Shown piece by piece: positions 18,665-28,709 of a stretch of 64,000 bases of DNA (position 1 is the first letter of the stretch; every line of letters begins with the position of its first letter). The position numbers and the translations under genes were made by a program. The notes beneath the pieces were generated by a model. That model worked only from the letters and a program-made list of their open reading frames with translations, had not been told where the DNA came from and made no database searches. The DNA is from Chitinophagales bacterium (GTDB lineage Bacteria > Bacteroidota > Bacteroidia > Chitinophagales > Chitinophagaceae): the NCBI GenBank assembly GCA_038256495.1, contig JBBSKH010000003.1:1929-65928 (forward strand), read 5' to 3'.

Positions 18665-18861
18665 TAACCGAACCAAAGGATGATTCTTGTATAGCTTTAC
18701 TATTGTAAAGTTGTACAAGAAAAAATTGAAAATTTTCTGCCGGGCTGCCATGAGGGTTAAATCAAGGGTATTACTGCCCAAAATAACCAGGCAAGTAAAG
18801 ATGAATAGCTAACTGATTGGGGTTGCCCGAATTACCAGGAAATAAACAGGTGAAAAAAACC

Positions 18862-19842
18862 TTAGCTGGCTATCCATTTAAACTGGTATTCCTTCTCAGG
18901 GATTTTGATCCTGTCTGCAATGCGAATCAAACGGGAAGGCAATGCCATCACGTAGTCCCTGGCTTTCTCTGCCTGCTCAGTAAGACCGTTTAAATTTTCT
19001 ATGCGCCATTCTTTAATCAGGGATTGAAGGATCTCAACATAGTCGATTGTGGTGTACACATTGGTACGTTGGGCAGCATCAGAAAAATGGCCAAACAATT
19101 CACCTGCCCGCTGACCAGATTGGCGCATAAAATGCGCAGGCATTACGATCTTCTTTTTCATCATGTCTTCAAAGGCCAGCATCATTTCGCTTCCATCCAT
19201 TTCAAAAATGCGTTGTACAAAATGACTGTAAGCATTGGCGTGACGGGCTTCGTCAGCAGCAATTACACCACATATCTTCGCCAGCCTTGCATTACCTGTT
19301 TTTTTAACCTGGGAGGCTACCCGCCTGTGGGAAACATTGGTAGCCAATTCCTGGAAACTGGTATAAACAAAATTGCGGTAGGGATCCCTGCCGGTTTGGA
19401 TGTCGAAGCCATCGCTTATTAAGAATTGGGTAGACTTTTCCATTTCCCTCATATTTACCCGTCCGCTCAGGTAAAGGTATTTGTTCAGCAGGTCGCCGTG
19501 GCGGTTCTCTTCTGCCGTCCAGGATTTTACCCACTTAGACCAACCGTTCTTGCCTTCTTCATCAATTCCTTCCACCAGCATTAGCCAGGATTCGTATGTG
19601 GGTAAAGCTTCCTCTGTTATGGTATCCCCTATCAGAACTGCAAATAAATCGTAACTCATTTGCATGGATAGTTCCTGTATCTCCTTTATTTCTTCAATGA
19701 AAGCCGGGTCTCTTGAGTCCGGCAGATGATCAGCAGGTTGCCAGTTTTCTTCAATCGGCTTAAGGTATTTTGTAAGCAACTCATCCATGTTCTGCTCCAT
19801 CGTCTGCATTACTTCGAGTCGTATATTTTTAAGTTTCATCAT
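18862..19842 (-). CDS. Soluble acyl-ACP desaturase (di-iron, stearoyl-ACP desaturase family)
   Basis: WTAEENRHGDLLNKYLYLSGRVNM and IAADEARHANAY are the two EXXH di-iron motifs of the FA_desaturase_2 family. Confidence 0.85.
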   Translation of the reverse strand: MMKLKNIRLEVMQTMEQNMDELLTKYLKPIEENWQPADHLPDSRDPAFIEEIKEIQELSMQMSYDLFAVLIGDTITEEALPTYESWLMLVEGIDEEGKNGWSKWVKSWTAEENRHGDLLNKYLYLSGRVNMREMEKSTQFLISDGFDIQTGRDPYRNFVYTSFQELATNVSHRRVASQVKKTGNARLAKICGVIAADEARHANAYSHFVQRIFEMDGSEMMLAFEDMMKKKIVMPAHFMRQSGQRAGELFGHFSDAAQRTNVYTTIDYVEILQSLIKEWRIENLNGLTEQAEKARDYVMALPSRLIRIADRIKIPEKEYQFKWIAS

Positions 19843-20110
19843 TATTTTTTTAGCTTAATTCATTGTTCCGCATCCTAAACATACGGGACATCAATCGGTT
19901 CGGTTCAGCTACCATTTATTATACAGTCCGGTAGTAGATGCCCACCCAGGGTTGCACCTTATTACATACAATTATCTCGCCGTAATAAAGGGATAATACA
20001 CTTAGGTAAGGTTTGAAAATGCCAGCATTTATGATATGGTCAGCCGCTGCAAATTTAAGGCATTATGAGCAATGCAGGCTGCAAACAGCTGTTGCTGAAA
20101 AGATTATTTA

Positions 20111-21211
20111 TTAAAGTTGCTCTTTTTTCATGTGAAGAATTCGCTGGTATGATTGATCTATCCGTGCGGATGCGATTTTTCCTTCATCTACCAACGAACG
20201 AATTAATTCAATCAAGGTAGTGGCTGTTACCGGTGACTTGCCTTGGATATTTCCAGAAAACAACAACACATCCACACCTGCATTGATCGATTTTTCAACA
20301 GCATCCTTTAAAGTAAATTCGTTACTGATAGCCTTCATTTGCATATCATCTGAAAAAACGACCCCGTTAAAACCCAGTTGGGTACGCAGTAAACCGTTGA
20401 TCATTTTTTTTGAAAGCGTGGCCGGCAGTAGGGAACTGTCTAACTGCTGGTTCACAATATGCGCCGTCATTACTGCTCTTACCAGCTTTTTTTCAAGCAA
20501 TATTTTGTAGGGAATCAATTCCGAATCGCTCCAGCTTCGGGATACATCTGTCATGCCAAGGTGAGAGTCCTTATCAGAACTCCCATGACCGGGAAAATGT
20601 TTCAGCACCGTTTGCACCTTAAAATAATCGTGCGATAAAATTACCTGGCTGGCATGTTTTACAATTAAGAATGGATCGGCAGCAAAACAACGCTCCCGGG
20701 AACCCAGCACCGGATTGTTAGCCATGTAAATGTCTACCACCGGTGCAAAGTTTACATTAATGCCAAGGCGGGAAAGCGTAAACGCTGTATTATCAGCATA
20801 ATATTTTGTGCTGTCAAGATCATCCAATGTGCCCAGGTATTGTGCCGAAGGCATTGGCGGAAAACCATACTTTGGTTTAAGGCGGTTTACAACTCCGCCT
20901 TCCTGCGTTATGGCTATATACAAAGGTATTGGCGCTGCCTGCTGGTAAGTTGTTAGCATGGCAGCCAGGTTGGCAGCAGCAGAGGTTTCAGTAAGATGGG
21001 ATTCATACAAAGTAATGCCACCAATTTTGCCTGCTTTTACTTCAGCATAAAAAGCAGAAGCTGTATCAGCAGTTTTACCCGGCAGGCCCACCATAATCAT
21101 CTGACCTATTTTTAATGAAAGACTGTCTATAGTTTGCGCTCTACCTGTAAATATGTTTGTACAACATAATAGTGTGACGTTAACGCATATCTGAAAGATT
21201 AGCTTGCTCAT
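20111..21211 (-). CDS. Glycoside hydrolase family 3 N-terminal domain protein (NagZ-like beta-N-acetylhexosaminidase), secreted
   Basis: N-terminal signal peptide, and the KHFPGHGSSDKDSHLG motif typical of GH3/NagZ. Confidence 0.8.
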   Translation of the reverse strand: MSKLIFQICVNVTLLCCTNIFTGRAQTIDSLSLKIGQMIMVGLPGKTADTASAFYAEVKAGKIGGITLYESHLTETSAAANLAAMLTTYQQAAPIPLYIAITQEGGVVNRLKPKYGFPPMPSAQYLGTLDDLDSTKYYADNTAFTLSRLGINVNFAPVVDIYMANNPVLGSRERCFAADPFLIVKHASQVILSHDYFKVQTVLKHFPGHGSSDKDSHLGMTDVSRSWSDSELIPYKILLEKKLVRAVMTAHIVNQQLDSSLLPATLSKKMINGLLRTQLGFNGVVFSDDMQMKAISNEFTLKDAVEKSINAGVDVLLFSGNIQGKSPVTATTLIELIRSLVDEGKIASARIDQSYQRILHMKKEQL

Positions 21212-21220
21212 TTTTTATAT

Positions 21221-21763
21221 TTAGGTGGGCTTTACAATTTCATTATTCTCGGGTGAAAAATCATACACATCCAACAATTGCCAGGGGCCTTTCAGGTATT
21301 GCCAACTGGTAAGCCCTGTTACTATTACATCGAACGGACTAAAGGAAGTTACAAGTTCTTCATATAACAACCTTGATTTGTACTCTGTTACTTTATTTTG
21401 AATGGTGATATGTGGCCAGAGCTTTAACCTGTCTTTGCTGATGAGCCAGGGTTTGAAGGCAGCCTGCATTTTTTTATGCATTTGTTTTAATTCTTTGCTT
21501 TCAATAATGTAGGCCACGCCTGTGCCCATATGTTTAAGCCCGGTAACTTGAATTGAAAAAGGTTCTCGCCGGGCAAATGTTTCCAATTGTTTATCCAGCC
21601 CAGGTAATCGCTGCGGTAACTTATGAAACAAAGTTATATGCGCATCCAGAAAATTTGCATAAGCAGGGAAATACTGCTTTCGCAAAGCATTGAACAATTC
21701 CTGGTATGTCGTTTCCATTTGCAGGGTAATGATAATGGGAGCTGATTTTTTTTGCACCACCAA
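21221..21763 (-). CDS. 2H phosphoesterase superfamily protein (LigT / 2'-5' RNA ligase-like)
   Basis: Two HxT motifs (AHITLF and PHITIQ). The TTG start at 21763 puts the first His at about residue 42, as in LigT. An alternative ATG start is at 21718. Confidence 0.7.
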   Translation of the reverse strand: MVVQKKSAPIIITLQMETTYQELFNALRKQYFPAYANFLDAHITLFHKLPQRLPGLDKQLETFARREPFSIQVTGLKHMGTGVAYIIESKELKQMHKKMQAAFKPWLISKDRLKLWPHITIQNKVTEYKSRLLYEELVTSFSPFDVIVTGLTSWQYLKGPWQLLDVYDFSPENNEIVKPT

Positions 21764-22004
21764 AAATGCGTAAAATATTTGATATACTTAAAAGTGCACG
21801 GCTGCTTTACCTATATAAAGCGTGAGTAATAAATTCCCGTTTCAGCAGCGGGCTTTAAAATTTGTTACTGGCCAAACGAATGTTTATTAGGTGTTGGCAA
21901 CCAATAAAATACATACTTATCAGGAGATTTCAACAACTTTTGGTACAATGATTGTTTAGCATGATGTGTAAATTTTAATCCTCAAACAATTAAAAAAAGT
22001 AATT

Positions 22005-22457
22005 ATGAAAAAATTGATGTTGATAGCCATAGCTGCTGCCACGTTTACCGCCTGCAACGATTCGGCAACAACAACCGAAACTACCACAGTTGAAACCGAT
22101 ACAATGGGAAGTTCGCCTGCAATGACGTCTAATTATACACCAGGAGAGGGCGACGTAATGTATAGGGAAGAAAAAGTGATGGAGTACAGAAACGGCGTTT
22201 GGGTAGAGACCACCACAAAAGTTACACTTGAAGATGGAGCAGTGGTAAGTAAAAACGGTGTGGTAACAAAAGACGGTAAAGAAGTTAAGCTGGAAGAAGG
22301 CGAAGCAGTAAGCAAAACCGGTCGCTTTTTTGATAGAGCTGGCCAGGGTATTGAAAATGCCTGGGACGCTACCAAAAAAGGTGTAAACGAAGCAGGAGAA
22401 GCAATTGAAAGAGGAGCTGAGAAAGTTGGCCAAAAAACCAAGGAAATAATAAACTAA
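22005..22457 (+). CDS. Lipoprotein, hypothetical
   Basis: Lipobox MKKLMLIAIAAATFTAC, a Thr-rich linker, a Lys/Glu/Gly-rich body, and a terminator downstream. Confidence 0.65.
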   Translation: MKKLMLIAIAAATFTACNDSATTTETTTVETDTMGSSPAMTSNYTPGEGDVMYREEKVMEYRNGVWVETTTKVTLEDGAVVSKNGVVTKDGKEVKLEEGEAVSKTGRFFDRAGQGIENAWDATKKGVNEAGEAIERGAEKVGQKTKEIIN

Positions 22458-22482
22458 TTTCCTGGGGAAATAATAAAAGAAG

Positions 22483-22506
22483 AAGCCGGCAATCGTCGGC
22501 TTTTTT
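22483..22506 (+). terminator. Rho-independent terminator
   Basis: AAGCCGGC, loop aatc, GTCGGCTT (one mismatch), followed by TTTTTT. Confidence 0.65.
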
Positions 22507-22564
22507 GTTGATGCCTATTGAAAGTATTATAAACGCCCGGCAAGTTGTATATTTAAATAAAAAA

Positions 22565-22822
22565 ATGCCTCAGTCAAAAAGCAGAAAAGGCCACAAGCAG
22601 CATCATCAGCACGAACCGCAACATGGCACACCGCACACTAATAAAAATAACCGTACGTTAATAGTGCCAATGATCATATTTGCTACACTTGGTTTGGGTA
22701 TCGGCTTCTTTATAAACTCTGATAGTGCCCCCACCTGGATAGCCTCTACCCTGCTGGGTGCATTAGCTGGATTTATTTTTGGAAAACAGGTAGAAAAAGC
22801 AGCAAAGAAGAGGGCTAAGTAA
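22565..22822 (+). CDS. Small membrane protein, His/Lys-rich N-terminus, two predicted TM helices
   Basis: ATG 22565 (MPQSKSRKGHKQHHQHEPQHG..), then hydrophobic segments LIVPMIIFATLGLGIGFFI and WIASTLLGALAGFIF. Confidence 0.5.
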   Translation: MPQSKSRKGHKQHHQHEPQHGTPHTNKNNRTLIVPMIIFATLGLGIGFFINSDSAPTWIASTLLGALAGFIFGKQVEKAAKKRAK

Positions 22823-22832
22823 TGTTCCTGAT

Positions 22833-23228
22833 ATGTTCAAACGGCTCCCATTTCGGCTACCATACTTCTTGTTCGCCATGGCATTGCTTGCTGTTGAGAT
22901 ACTGATAGCAATATTTGTAAAAGATGATTTTGTACGTCCCTATGTTGGCGATTTCCTTGTTGTAATCTTGCTCTATTGCCTGCTGATGGCTTTCAGCCGG
23001 CTGAAGCCGTTAAAAAGTGTACTACTTGTGTTTTGTTTTGCATGCTTTATTGAATGGCTGCAATACCTGCATATTGTTTCAGTACTTGGCCTGGAGAGGC
23101 ATACTATTGCCAGGGTTATCATTGGAACCTCTTTTGAATGGGGCGATATCCTGGCATATGTCAGCGGTTGCATCATCATTTTAATTATTGAAAAATTATC
23201 AGCGAACAATATTACCAAGTTAAGATGA
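22833..23228 (+). CDS. DUF2809 family membrane protein
   Basis: Four hydrophobic segments. FVRPYVGDFLVVILLY and FEWGDILAYVSG resemble DUF2809. Confidence 0.6.
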   Translation: MFKRLPFRLPYFLFAMALLAVEILIAIFVKDDFVRPYVGDFLVVILLYCLLMAFSRLKPLKSVLLVFCFACFIEWLQYLHIVSVLGLERHTIARVIIGTSFEWGDILAYVSGCIIILIIEKLSANNITKLR

Positions 23229-23653
23229 AGGAAACAGATTCCTTCCCGCCATCAGATATTTCCTCTTGCCCCCGGTAGTTGAATAAAATTATTCTTTCGG
23301 GATTCAACATTTCTACAAGCAAGTATTTTTTTCCACACTTCCATCTATCCCTAACTTGCAAAATACCATACACAAATACCCGCATCGCTTTTTTTTCTGC
23401 ATGATCTGCAAAAAAGCACCTGCCATTGTTCTTCTTTACACATTATTTTAAAATACCCAACACATTCAGTTCTTTTTGTAAGGGTTGGCATATCTGTTGA
23501 TTTAAAACGCAGGTATGGATGAGAAAACTGATAGCTGTTTAATGATCCATGCATTTTTGCCCATCTACAATCATCAGCATCTGTAAATATTAATCTAATC
23601 GGAAAGAACAAAAAATAAAGGACCTCCAATCTATATCATACAAAATAATCATC

Positions 23654-25801
23654 ATGAAATCTTCAAAAGCAACAGAAAAAAATTCCGCTTCGCTAAAACA
23701 GCAGCAGCTCGAACAATTTCAAACTGATGGCCAAAACAAGCCATTAACCACCAACCAGGGTTTAAAAGTAAATGACACTAACAATTCATTAAAGGCGGGA
23801 GAACGGGGTGCAACTTTGCTGGAAGATTTTTTACTACGTGAAAAAATCACAAGTTTTGATCACGAAAGAATACCTGAACGTATTGTTCATGCAAGGGGAA
23901 GCGGGGCGCACGGCTATTTTGAATTATACAAAAGCATGGATAAGTTTACTAAGGCAGGAATTTTTACTGACACAAAAAGAAGAACAGCTGTTTTTGTAAG
24001 ATTTTCAACGGTTGGAGGATCTAAAGGCTCTACTGACCTGGCACGTGATGTTCGTGGCTTCGCAGTAAAATTTTATACGGAAGAAGGCACCTGGGATCTG
24101 GTAGGAAATAATATGCCGATATTTTTTATACAGGATGCAATGAAATTCCCCGACCTTATTCATGCTGTAAAACCAGAACCGAACCGGGAGATACCCCAAG
24201 CAGCATCTGCACACGATACTTTTTACGATTTCGTTTCTCTAACAACGGAAACTTTACATAACCAGATCTGGCTTATGAGCGATCGTGCTATCCCCCGCAG
24301 TTTGAGAATGATGGAAGGTTTTGGCATACACACTTTTCGGCTTATCAATAAAGAAGGCAAATCGCATTTTGTAAAATTTCATTGGAAACCAGTTTTAGGG
24401 GTTCATTCTGTTACCTGGGATGAAGCTGTGAAAATAAGCGGGGCAGATTCCGATTTTCACCGTCGGGATCTCTGGGACGCCATTGAAAGCGGGCAGTACC
24501 CTGAATGGGAACTAGGCTTTCAGATTGTTCCGGAAGAAGACGAACATAAATATGATTTTGATTTGCTGGATCCTACCAAATTAATTCCGGAGGAAATGGT
24601 GCCCGTAACCATTGTCGGAAAAATGACACTTAACAAGAACCCGGAAAACTTTTTTGCGGAAACTGAGCAGGTTGCCTTTTTACCGGGCCACATAGTTCCG
24701 GGTATTGATTTTTCAAATGATCCTTTATTACAAGGACGCCTCTTCTCTTACAGGGACACCCAACTTTCACGCCTGGGAAGTCCGAATTTTCATCAAATCC
24801 CTATAAACAGGCCTGTAACAGATCGGCACAACAATCAGCGTGATGCACATATGCAAATGGAAATCCCTAAGGGACAAACGGCTTATTTTCCAAATACCTT
24901 GGGCGGCGGATGCCCTCACCTTTCCAAAATGGCAGAAGGCGCTTTCCATTCATACGAAGAAAAAATAGATGCACGAAAGATCCGCACAAGAAGCGAAAGT
25001 TTTAGTGATCATTTTTCTCAACCAGCGCTCTTCTATCGTAGTCTTTCCAATCATGAAAAAGATCATGTAGCCCAGGCATATATTTTTGAACTTGGTAAAT
25101 GCCTGCATGATCACATTAAATTAAGGATGCTTTGGTTAGTCAATCAAATAGATGAAGGGCTTGCCCAAAAAGTTGCAGACGGCCTGGGCCTGGCAATTCC
25201 AGATAAAATTGAAGGACCGGTTAACCAGGCAATTGGCGCTGATGCGGATGTAGAAAAACACCAGCCCGGTCCTAAGAAAATTTACCTGGAAACTTCTAAA
25301 GCTTTAAGCCAGGCTAATACAGTTTTTAATACCATCGCCACCCGTCATATAGCCATATTAGCAGCAAACGGAGTTGATGCTGGTAGCTTAGAAAAAATGA
25401 AAAAAGCGTTGGAAAAAGAAGGAGCAGTTGCAAAGATAGTATCTCCAACAGGTGGACAGGTTACATCTGCCACCGGTAAAAAAACATTTAAGGTAGATGC
25501 ATCTATTAAAACAACGGAGAGTGTATTGTATGATGCCGTTTATATTGCTGATGGGGAAGCTTCTGTAGCTGCATTGCTGGCAGAGTCTAAATTTATAAAG
25601 TTTGTAAATGAAACCTTTAAACATTGTAAGGCTATAGCCGCAGACGGGGAAGGCAAAAAATTGATAGACGCAAGCTTTGTAAAAAAGTACACAAAAGATA
25701 AGGCCGTACATATAGATGAAACACCGGCCGTGTTTATTGCCAGTATTAAAAAGCATCGAAACTGGGAGAGAAGCAAAATTGCAGAAAAGATCCCGGTATA
25801 G
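23654..25801 (+). CDS. katE: Large-subunit catalase HPII
   Basis: FDHERIPERIVHARGSGAHGYFE, VRFSTV, RDVRGFAVKFYT and RLFSYRDTQ, plus a C-terminal flavodoxin/DJ-1-like extension. The length is 715 aa. Confidence 0.95.
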   Translation: MKSSKATEKNSASLKQQQLEQFQTDGQNKPLTTNQGLKVNDTNNSLKAGERGATLLEDFLLREKITSFDHERIPERIVHARGSGAHGYFELYKSMDKFTKAGIFTDTKRRTAVFVRFSTVGGSKGSTDLARDVRGFAVKFYTEEGTWDLVGNNMPIFFIQDAMKFPDLIHAVKPEPNREIPQAASAHDTFYDFVSLTTETLHNQIWLMSDRAIPRSLRMMEGFGIHTFRLINKEGKSHFVKFHWKPVLGVHSVTWDEAVKISGADSDFHRRDLWDAIESGQYPEWELGFQIVPEEDEHKYDFDLLDPTKLIPEEMVPVTIVGKMTLNKNPENFFAETEQVAFLPGHIVPGIDFSNDPLLQGRLFSYRDTQLSRLGSPNFHQIPINRPVTDRHNNQRDAHMQMEIPKGQTAYFPNTLGGGCPHLSKMAEGAFHSYEEKIDARKIRTRSESFSDHFSQPALFYRSLSNHEKDHVAQAYIFELGKCLHDHIKLRMLWLVNQIDEGLAQKVADGLGLAIPDKIEGPVNQAIGADADVEKHQPGPKKIYLETSKALSQANTVFNTIATRHIAILAANGVDAGSLEKMKKALEKEGAVAKIVSPTGGQVTSATGKKTFKVDASIKTTESVLYDAVYIADGEASVAALLAESKFIKFVNETFKHCKAIAADGEGKKLIDASFVKKYTKDKAVHIDETPAVFIASIKKHRNWERSKIAEKIPV

Positions 25802-26005
25802 AAAACAGATAGTACATTTCTATTGTCGCTTGGCCGTACTTCTTGTGGGCGGCGGGGAAACCGCCCACGGCGACCATCCTCAACAGCCAACCCAAAAAAA
25901 TTTTGCAGTTGCTGATGCCGCTGCAATCTGATAGCATTGATGAGTACAGTAGAAATTTATAGCAATTGTAATAAACTATCTTTGCCGCCCAATTAAAATA
26001 TTTTA

Positions 26006-26590
26006 ATGAAACCAATAGAAAGGTTACAGCAAAGAAGCGGCAATGCCTGTGAATTGTGTAAAGGCACAGAGGGGCTGTCCGTTTACGAGGTGAAACCTGC
26101 CCAGGGAAACTCAGATGAAGATGCTGTATTGGTATGCAATAAATGCTTGCAGCAAATAGAAAAGAGAGAAGCATTAGACCAAGAGCATTGGAAAGTACTG
26201 TCAGACAGTATGTGGAGTGAAACAGCAGGTGTGCAGGTGGTGGCGTGGCGCATGCTCAATCGCTTGGGTACAGAGAGTTGGGCCAATGATCTGATTGATA
26301 TGATGTACCTGGATGAAGATCGCCTGGCTTGGGCAAAAGCTTCCGGAGATCATGAGAATGATGCTGCTGTTGACCTGCACTTGGATGCAAACGGACAGGT
26401 GCTACAAAACGGAGACAGCATTGTACTAACAAAATCGTTAGATGTAAAAGGTTCTACCCTGAATGCAAAGATGGGAACGGTGGTAAAAAACATAAAGTTG
26501 GTGGCAGACAATACAGAACAGGTGGAAGGAAAGATAGAAGGGCAGGTAATTGTAGTACTTACAAAATATATAAGGAAGCAGGGCAATTAA
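26006..26590 (+). CDS. phnA: PhnA-domain protein (zinc ribbon plus PhnA C-terminal domain)
   Basis: CELCK...CNKC zinc ribbon. The C-terminus DANGQVLQNGDSIVLTKSLDVKGSTLNAKMGTVVKNIKLV matches the PhnA family pattern. Confidence 0.7.
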   Translation: MKPIERLQQRSGNACELCKGTEGLSVYEVKPAQGNSDEDAVLVCNKCLQQIEKREALDQEHWKVLSDSMWSETAGVQVVAWRMLNRLGTESWANDLIDMMYLDEDRLAWAKASGDHENDAAVDLHLDANGQVLQNGDSIVLTKSLDVKGSTLNAKMGTVVKNIKLVADNTEQVEGKIEGQVIVVLTKYIRKQGN

Positions 26591-26607
26591 CCCTGCTTCC
26601 TCTTTTT
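26574..26607. terminator. Bidirectional terminator hairpin between convergent phnA and the SDR gene
   Basis: GGAAGCAGGG, loop caattaa, CCCTGCTTCC, then TCTTTTT. It overlaps the phnA stop. Confidence 0.7.
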
Positions 26608-26609
26608 AA

Positions 26610-27443
26610 TTATTTGGGATTATCGGCCCAAACCGTTGTTTCTTCCCAGGTATCAATATCAGCTTTCACTTCTTCAATTTTATTGCGGGCACCTTTCAAC
26701 GCACCGGCACCTAAAAATAATCTTACAGGCGGATGCTCGGCTTCTACTGCTTTCACAATTGCCTTAGCAGCTCTTTCAGGATCTCCCGGCTGGTTACCGC
26801 TATATTCCCTTATATTATCCTGGTTGGTATGCGCCGTATTTTTATAATCGTCTATTACAATGTTGGTATTATTGGCAGACCTGCCTGCCCAATCTGTACG
26901 GAAGCCACTTGGCGCCACTACTGTAACCTTTATGCCCATTTCTTCAACTTCTTTTGCCAATGCTTCGCTGTAGCCCATTACTGCAAACTTGGTGGCATTG
27001 TAAAAACCCACACCAGGAAAAGCTACGAAGCCGCCAACTGATGAGATATTTACAATATGGCCGCTCCGCTGCTTCCGCAAAATGGGTAGTACTTCTTTAG
27101 TTACTGCATGCAGCCCAAAGAAATTTATTTCGAACATACGGCGCACTTCTTTGTCTTCACTTTCTTCAATGGCACCAAAATATCCAATACCGGCATTATT
27201 TACAAGCACATCTATTCTTCCAAATTTATCTACGGCCTTTTTAACTGCAGCAGCTACCTCTTGGTCTTTTGTAACATCTAATTTAATGGCATATGCAGTA
27301 TCAGGATATCGCTCCACAATATCTTTTACATCATCCGTGTTACGGGATGTTACCGCCACTTTCTCTCCCTGTGCCAGGGTTTCTTCTGCAAGGTTTCTCC
27401 CAAACCCTGTTGAACACCCGGTTATAAACCATACTTTGCTCAT
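26610..27443 (-). CDS. SDR family oxidoreductase
   Basis: ITGCSTGFG, NNAG, and catalytic YNATK. Confidence 0.85.
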   Translation of the reverse strand: MSKVWFITGCSTGFGRNLAEETLAQGEKVAVTSRNTDDVKDIVERYPDTAYAIKLDVTKDQEVAAAVKKAVDKFGRIDVLVNNAGIGYFGAIEESEDKEVRRMFEINFFGLHAVTKEVLPILRKQRSGHIVNISSVGGFVAFPGVGFYNATKFAVMGYSEALAKEVEEMGIKVTVVAPSGFRTDWAGRSANNTNIVIDDYKNTAHTNQDNIREYSGNQPGDPERAAKAIVKAVEAEHPPVRLFLGAGALKGARNKIEEVKADIDTWEETTVWADNPK

Positions 27444-27492
27444 AGTAATTTTTATTTAAAAATGATCAATAATTAATATTAAACGTAGTTAC

Positions 27493-27528
27493 CTACAAAA
27501 GGTTTACCGGTGCAAACCGGAAACCTTT
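27493..27528 (-). terminator. Candidate terminator hairpin after the KAS III gene
   Basis: On the minus strand: AAAGGTTTCCGGT, loop TTGC, ACCGGTAAACCTTT (one bulge), followed by TTTTG-like tail. Confidence 0.45.
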
Positions 27529-27582
27529 CTTTGCAGTATGAAGGGATAAAAAATGTGCCAATAAGATAATGAAGTAGAAAGA

Positions 27583-28653
27583 TCAGATCCGGTAGCATAT
27601 AGCATTAATATTCATGCCGGCGCCCACAGAGGCCATCAGCACAATATCACCTTTTTCCATTGCATGGTCATCGAGCTTGCCTTTTTGTACCATATCGAAT
27701 AAAGTTGGCACCGTAGCTACACTACTGTTACCCAGAGTGTGGATACTCATCGGCATAACGTCTTTTGGTGCAGGCTCATCACCATATAATTTATACATTG
27801 CTTTTATGATATTCTCATCCATTTTTTCGTTGGCCTGGTGCAGGAAAACTTTTTTCAGGTCCTTGATATTTACTCCAGCTTTCTCCAGGCATTCCTTCAT
27901 GGCCAAAGGAACATATTTCATTGCGTACTCATACACCTTCCTCCCTTTCATTTTTATATAGCGTACCCGAGGGTCAGAATCCGGATAATTAGACTTGCCC
28001 ATATAGAGATAATTCAGTTCATCAATACAGTGTGCCTGTGCTACTGCAGCTAAGATACCACTGCCATTGTCTCCGGTATCTTTATATTCCAGTATAGCTG
28101 CACCTGCACCATCAGAAAATATCATACTATCCCGATCATAATCATCTAATACCCTGGAAAGGGTTTCCGTACCTATCACCAGGCATCTTTTAGCCAGGCC
28201 TGCTTTAAAATAAGCATCGGACTGTATTACGCCCTGCACCCAGCCGGGGCAACCAAAAAGAATATCGTAGGGAATACAGGCGGGATTTTTAATATTAAGC
28301 GCATGCTTTACCCTGGAAGCCAATGCAGGCAAAACATCTGTTTGTATGGTGTGCTTAATAACGTTGCCAAAATTATGGGCTACAATGATCTGGTCGATCG
28401 TCTCCGGGTCACATCCCGCTTCTTCTATTGCTAGCTTGGCAGCAATAGCCGCCATATCGGAACTTTGCATATCCTCGGTTGCATAACGCCTTTCGGCGAT
28501 GCCCGTTATTTGTTCAAACTTCTTGACCACTTCCTGCGGATCAGAATCGATGCGTACATTGTTTTCTGCATAAAAATTATGCACTGTAAAGTCCCGGTTT
28601 GTTTTTACTATTGATGGTATGTAAGAACCGGTGCCGGTAATAACTGATTTCAT
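27583..28653 (-). CDS. Beta-ketoacyl-ACP synthase III (FabH-like) family protein
   Basis: Thiolase fold with Cys in LFGCPGW, His in HQANEKM and Asn in GNSSVATVP. Confidence 0.8.
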   Translation of the reverse strand: MKSVITGTGSYIPSIVKTNRDFTVHNFYAENNVRIDSDPQEVVKKFEQITGIAERRYATEDMQSSDMAAIAAKLAIEEAGCDPETIDQIIVAHNFGNVIKHTIQTDVLPALASRVKHALNIKNPACIPYDILFGCPGWVQGVIQSDAYFKAGLAKRCLVIGTETLSRVLDDYDRDSMIFSDGAGAAILEYKDTGDNGSGILAAVAQAHCIDELNYLYMGKSNYPDSDPRVRYIKMKGRKVYEYAMKYVPLAMKECLEKAGVNIKDLKKVFLHQANEKMDENIIKAMYKLYGDEPAPKDVMPMSIHTLGNSSVATVPTLFDMVQKGKLDDHAMEKGDIVLMASVGAGMNINAICYRI

Positions 28654-28709
28654 TTCCCAGATTTATAATCAAATAAAATTAATAACAAGTAACGACTAAT
28701 ATACTATTA

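Noticed and set aside
21990-22433. A 147-aa minus-strand ORF overlapping the lipoprotein gene.
   Set aside because: The plus-strand frame has a lipobox, an A-rich leader and a downstream terminator. The minus frame is Phe/Cys/Ser-rich with no signals.
23351-23629. A 92-aa minus-strand ORF in the katE upstream region.
   Set aside because: It has an odd Cys/Phe-rich composition, no recognisable family, and lies in an AT-rich promoter region. I treat it as non-coding.
25845-25868. The GC-rich hairpin GTGGGCGG-cggggaaa-CCGCCCAC after katE, as a possible terminator.
   Set aside because: The 8-bp stem is perfect, but no T-tract follows on either strand. It may still be a structural or REP-like element, and I did not call it.
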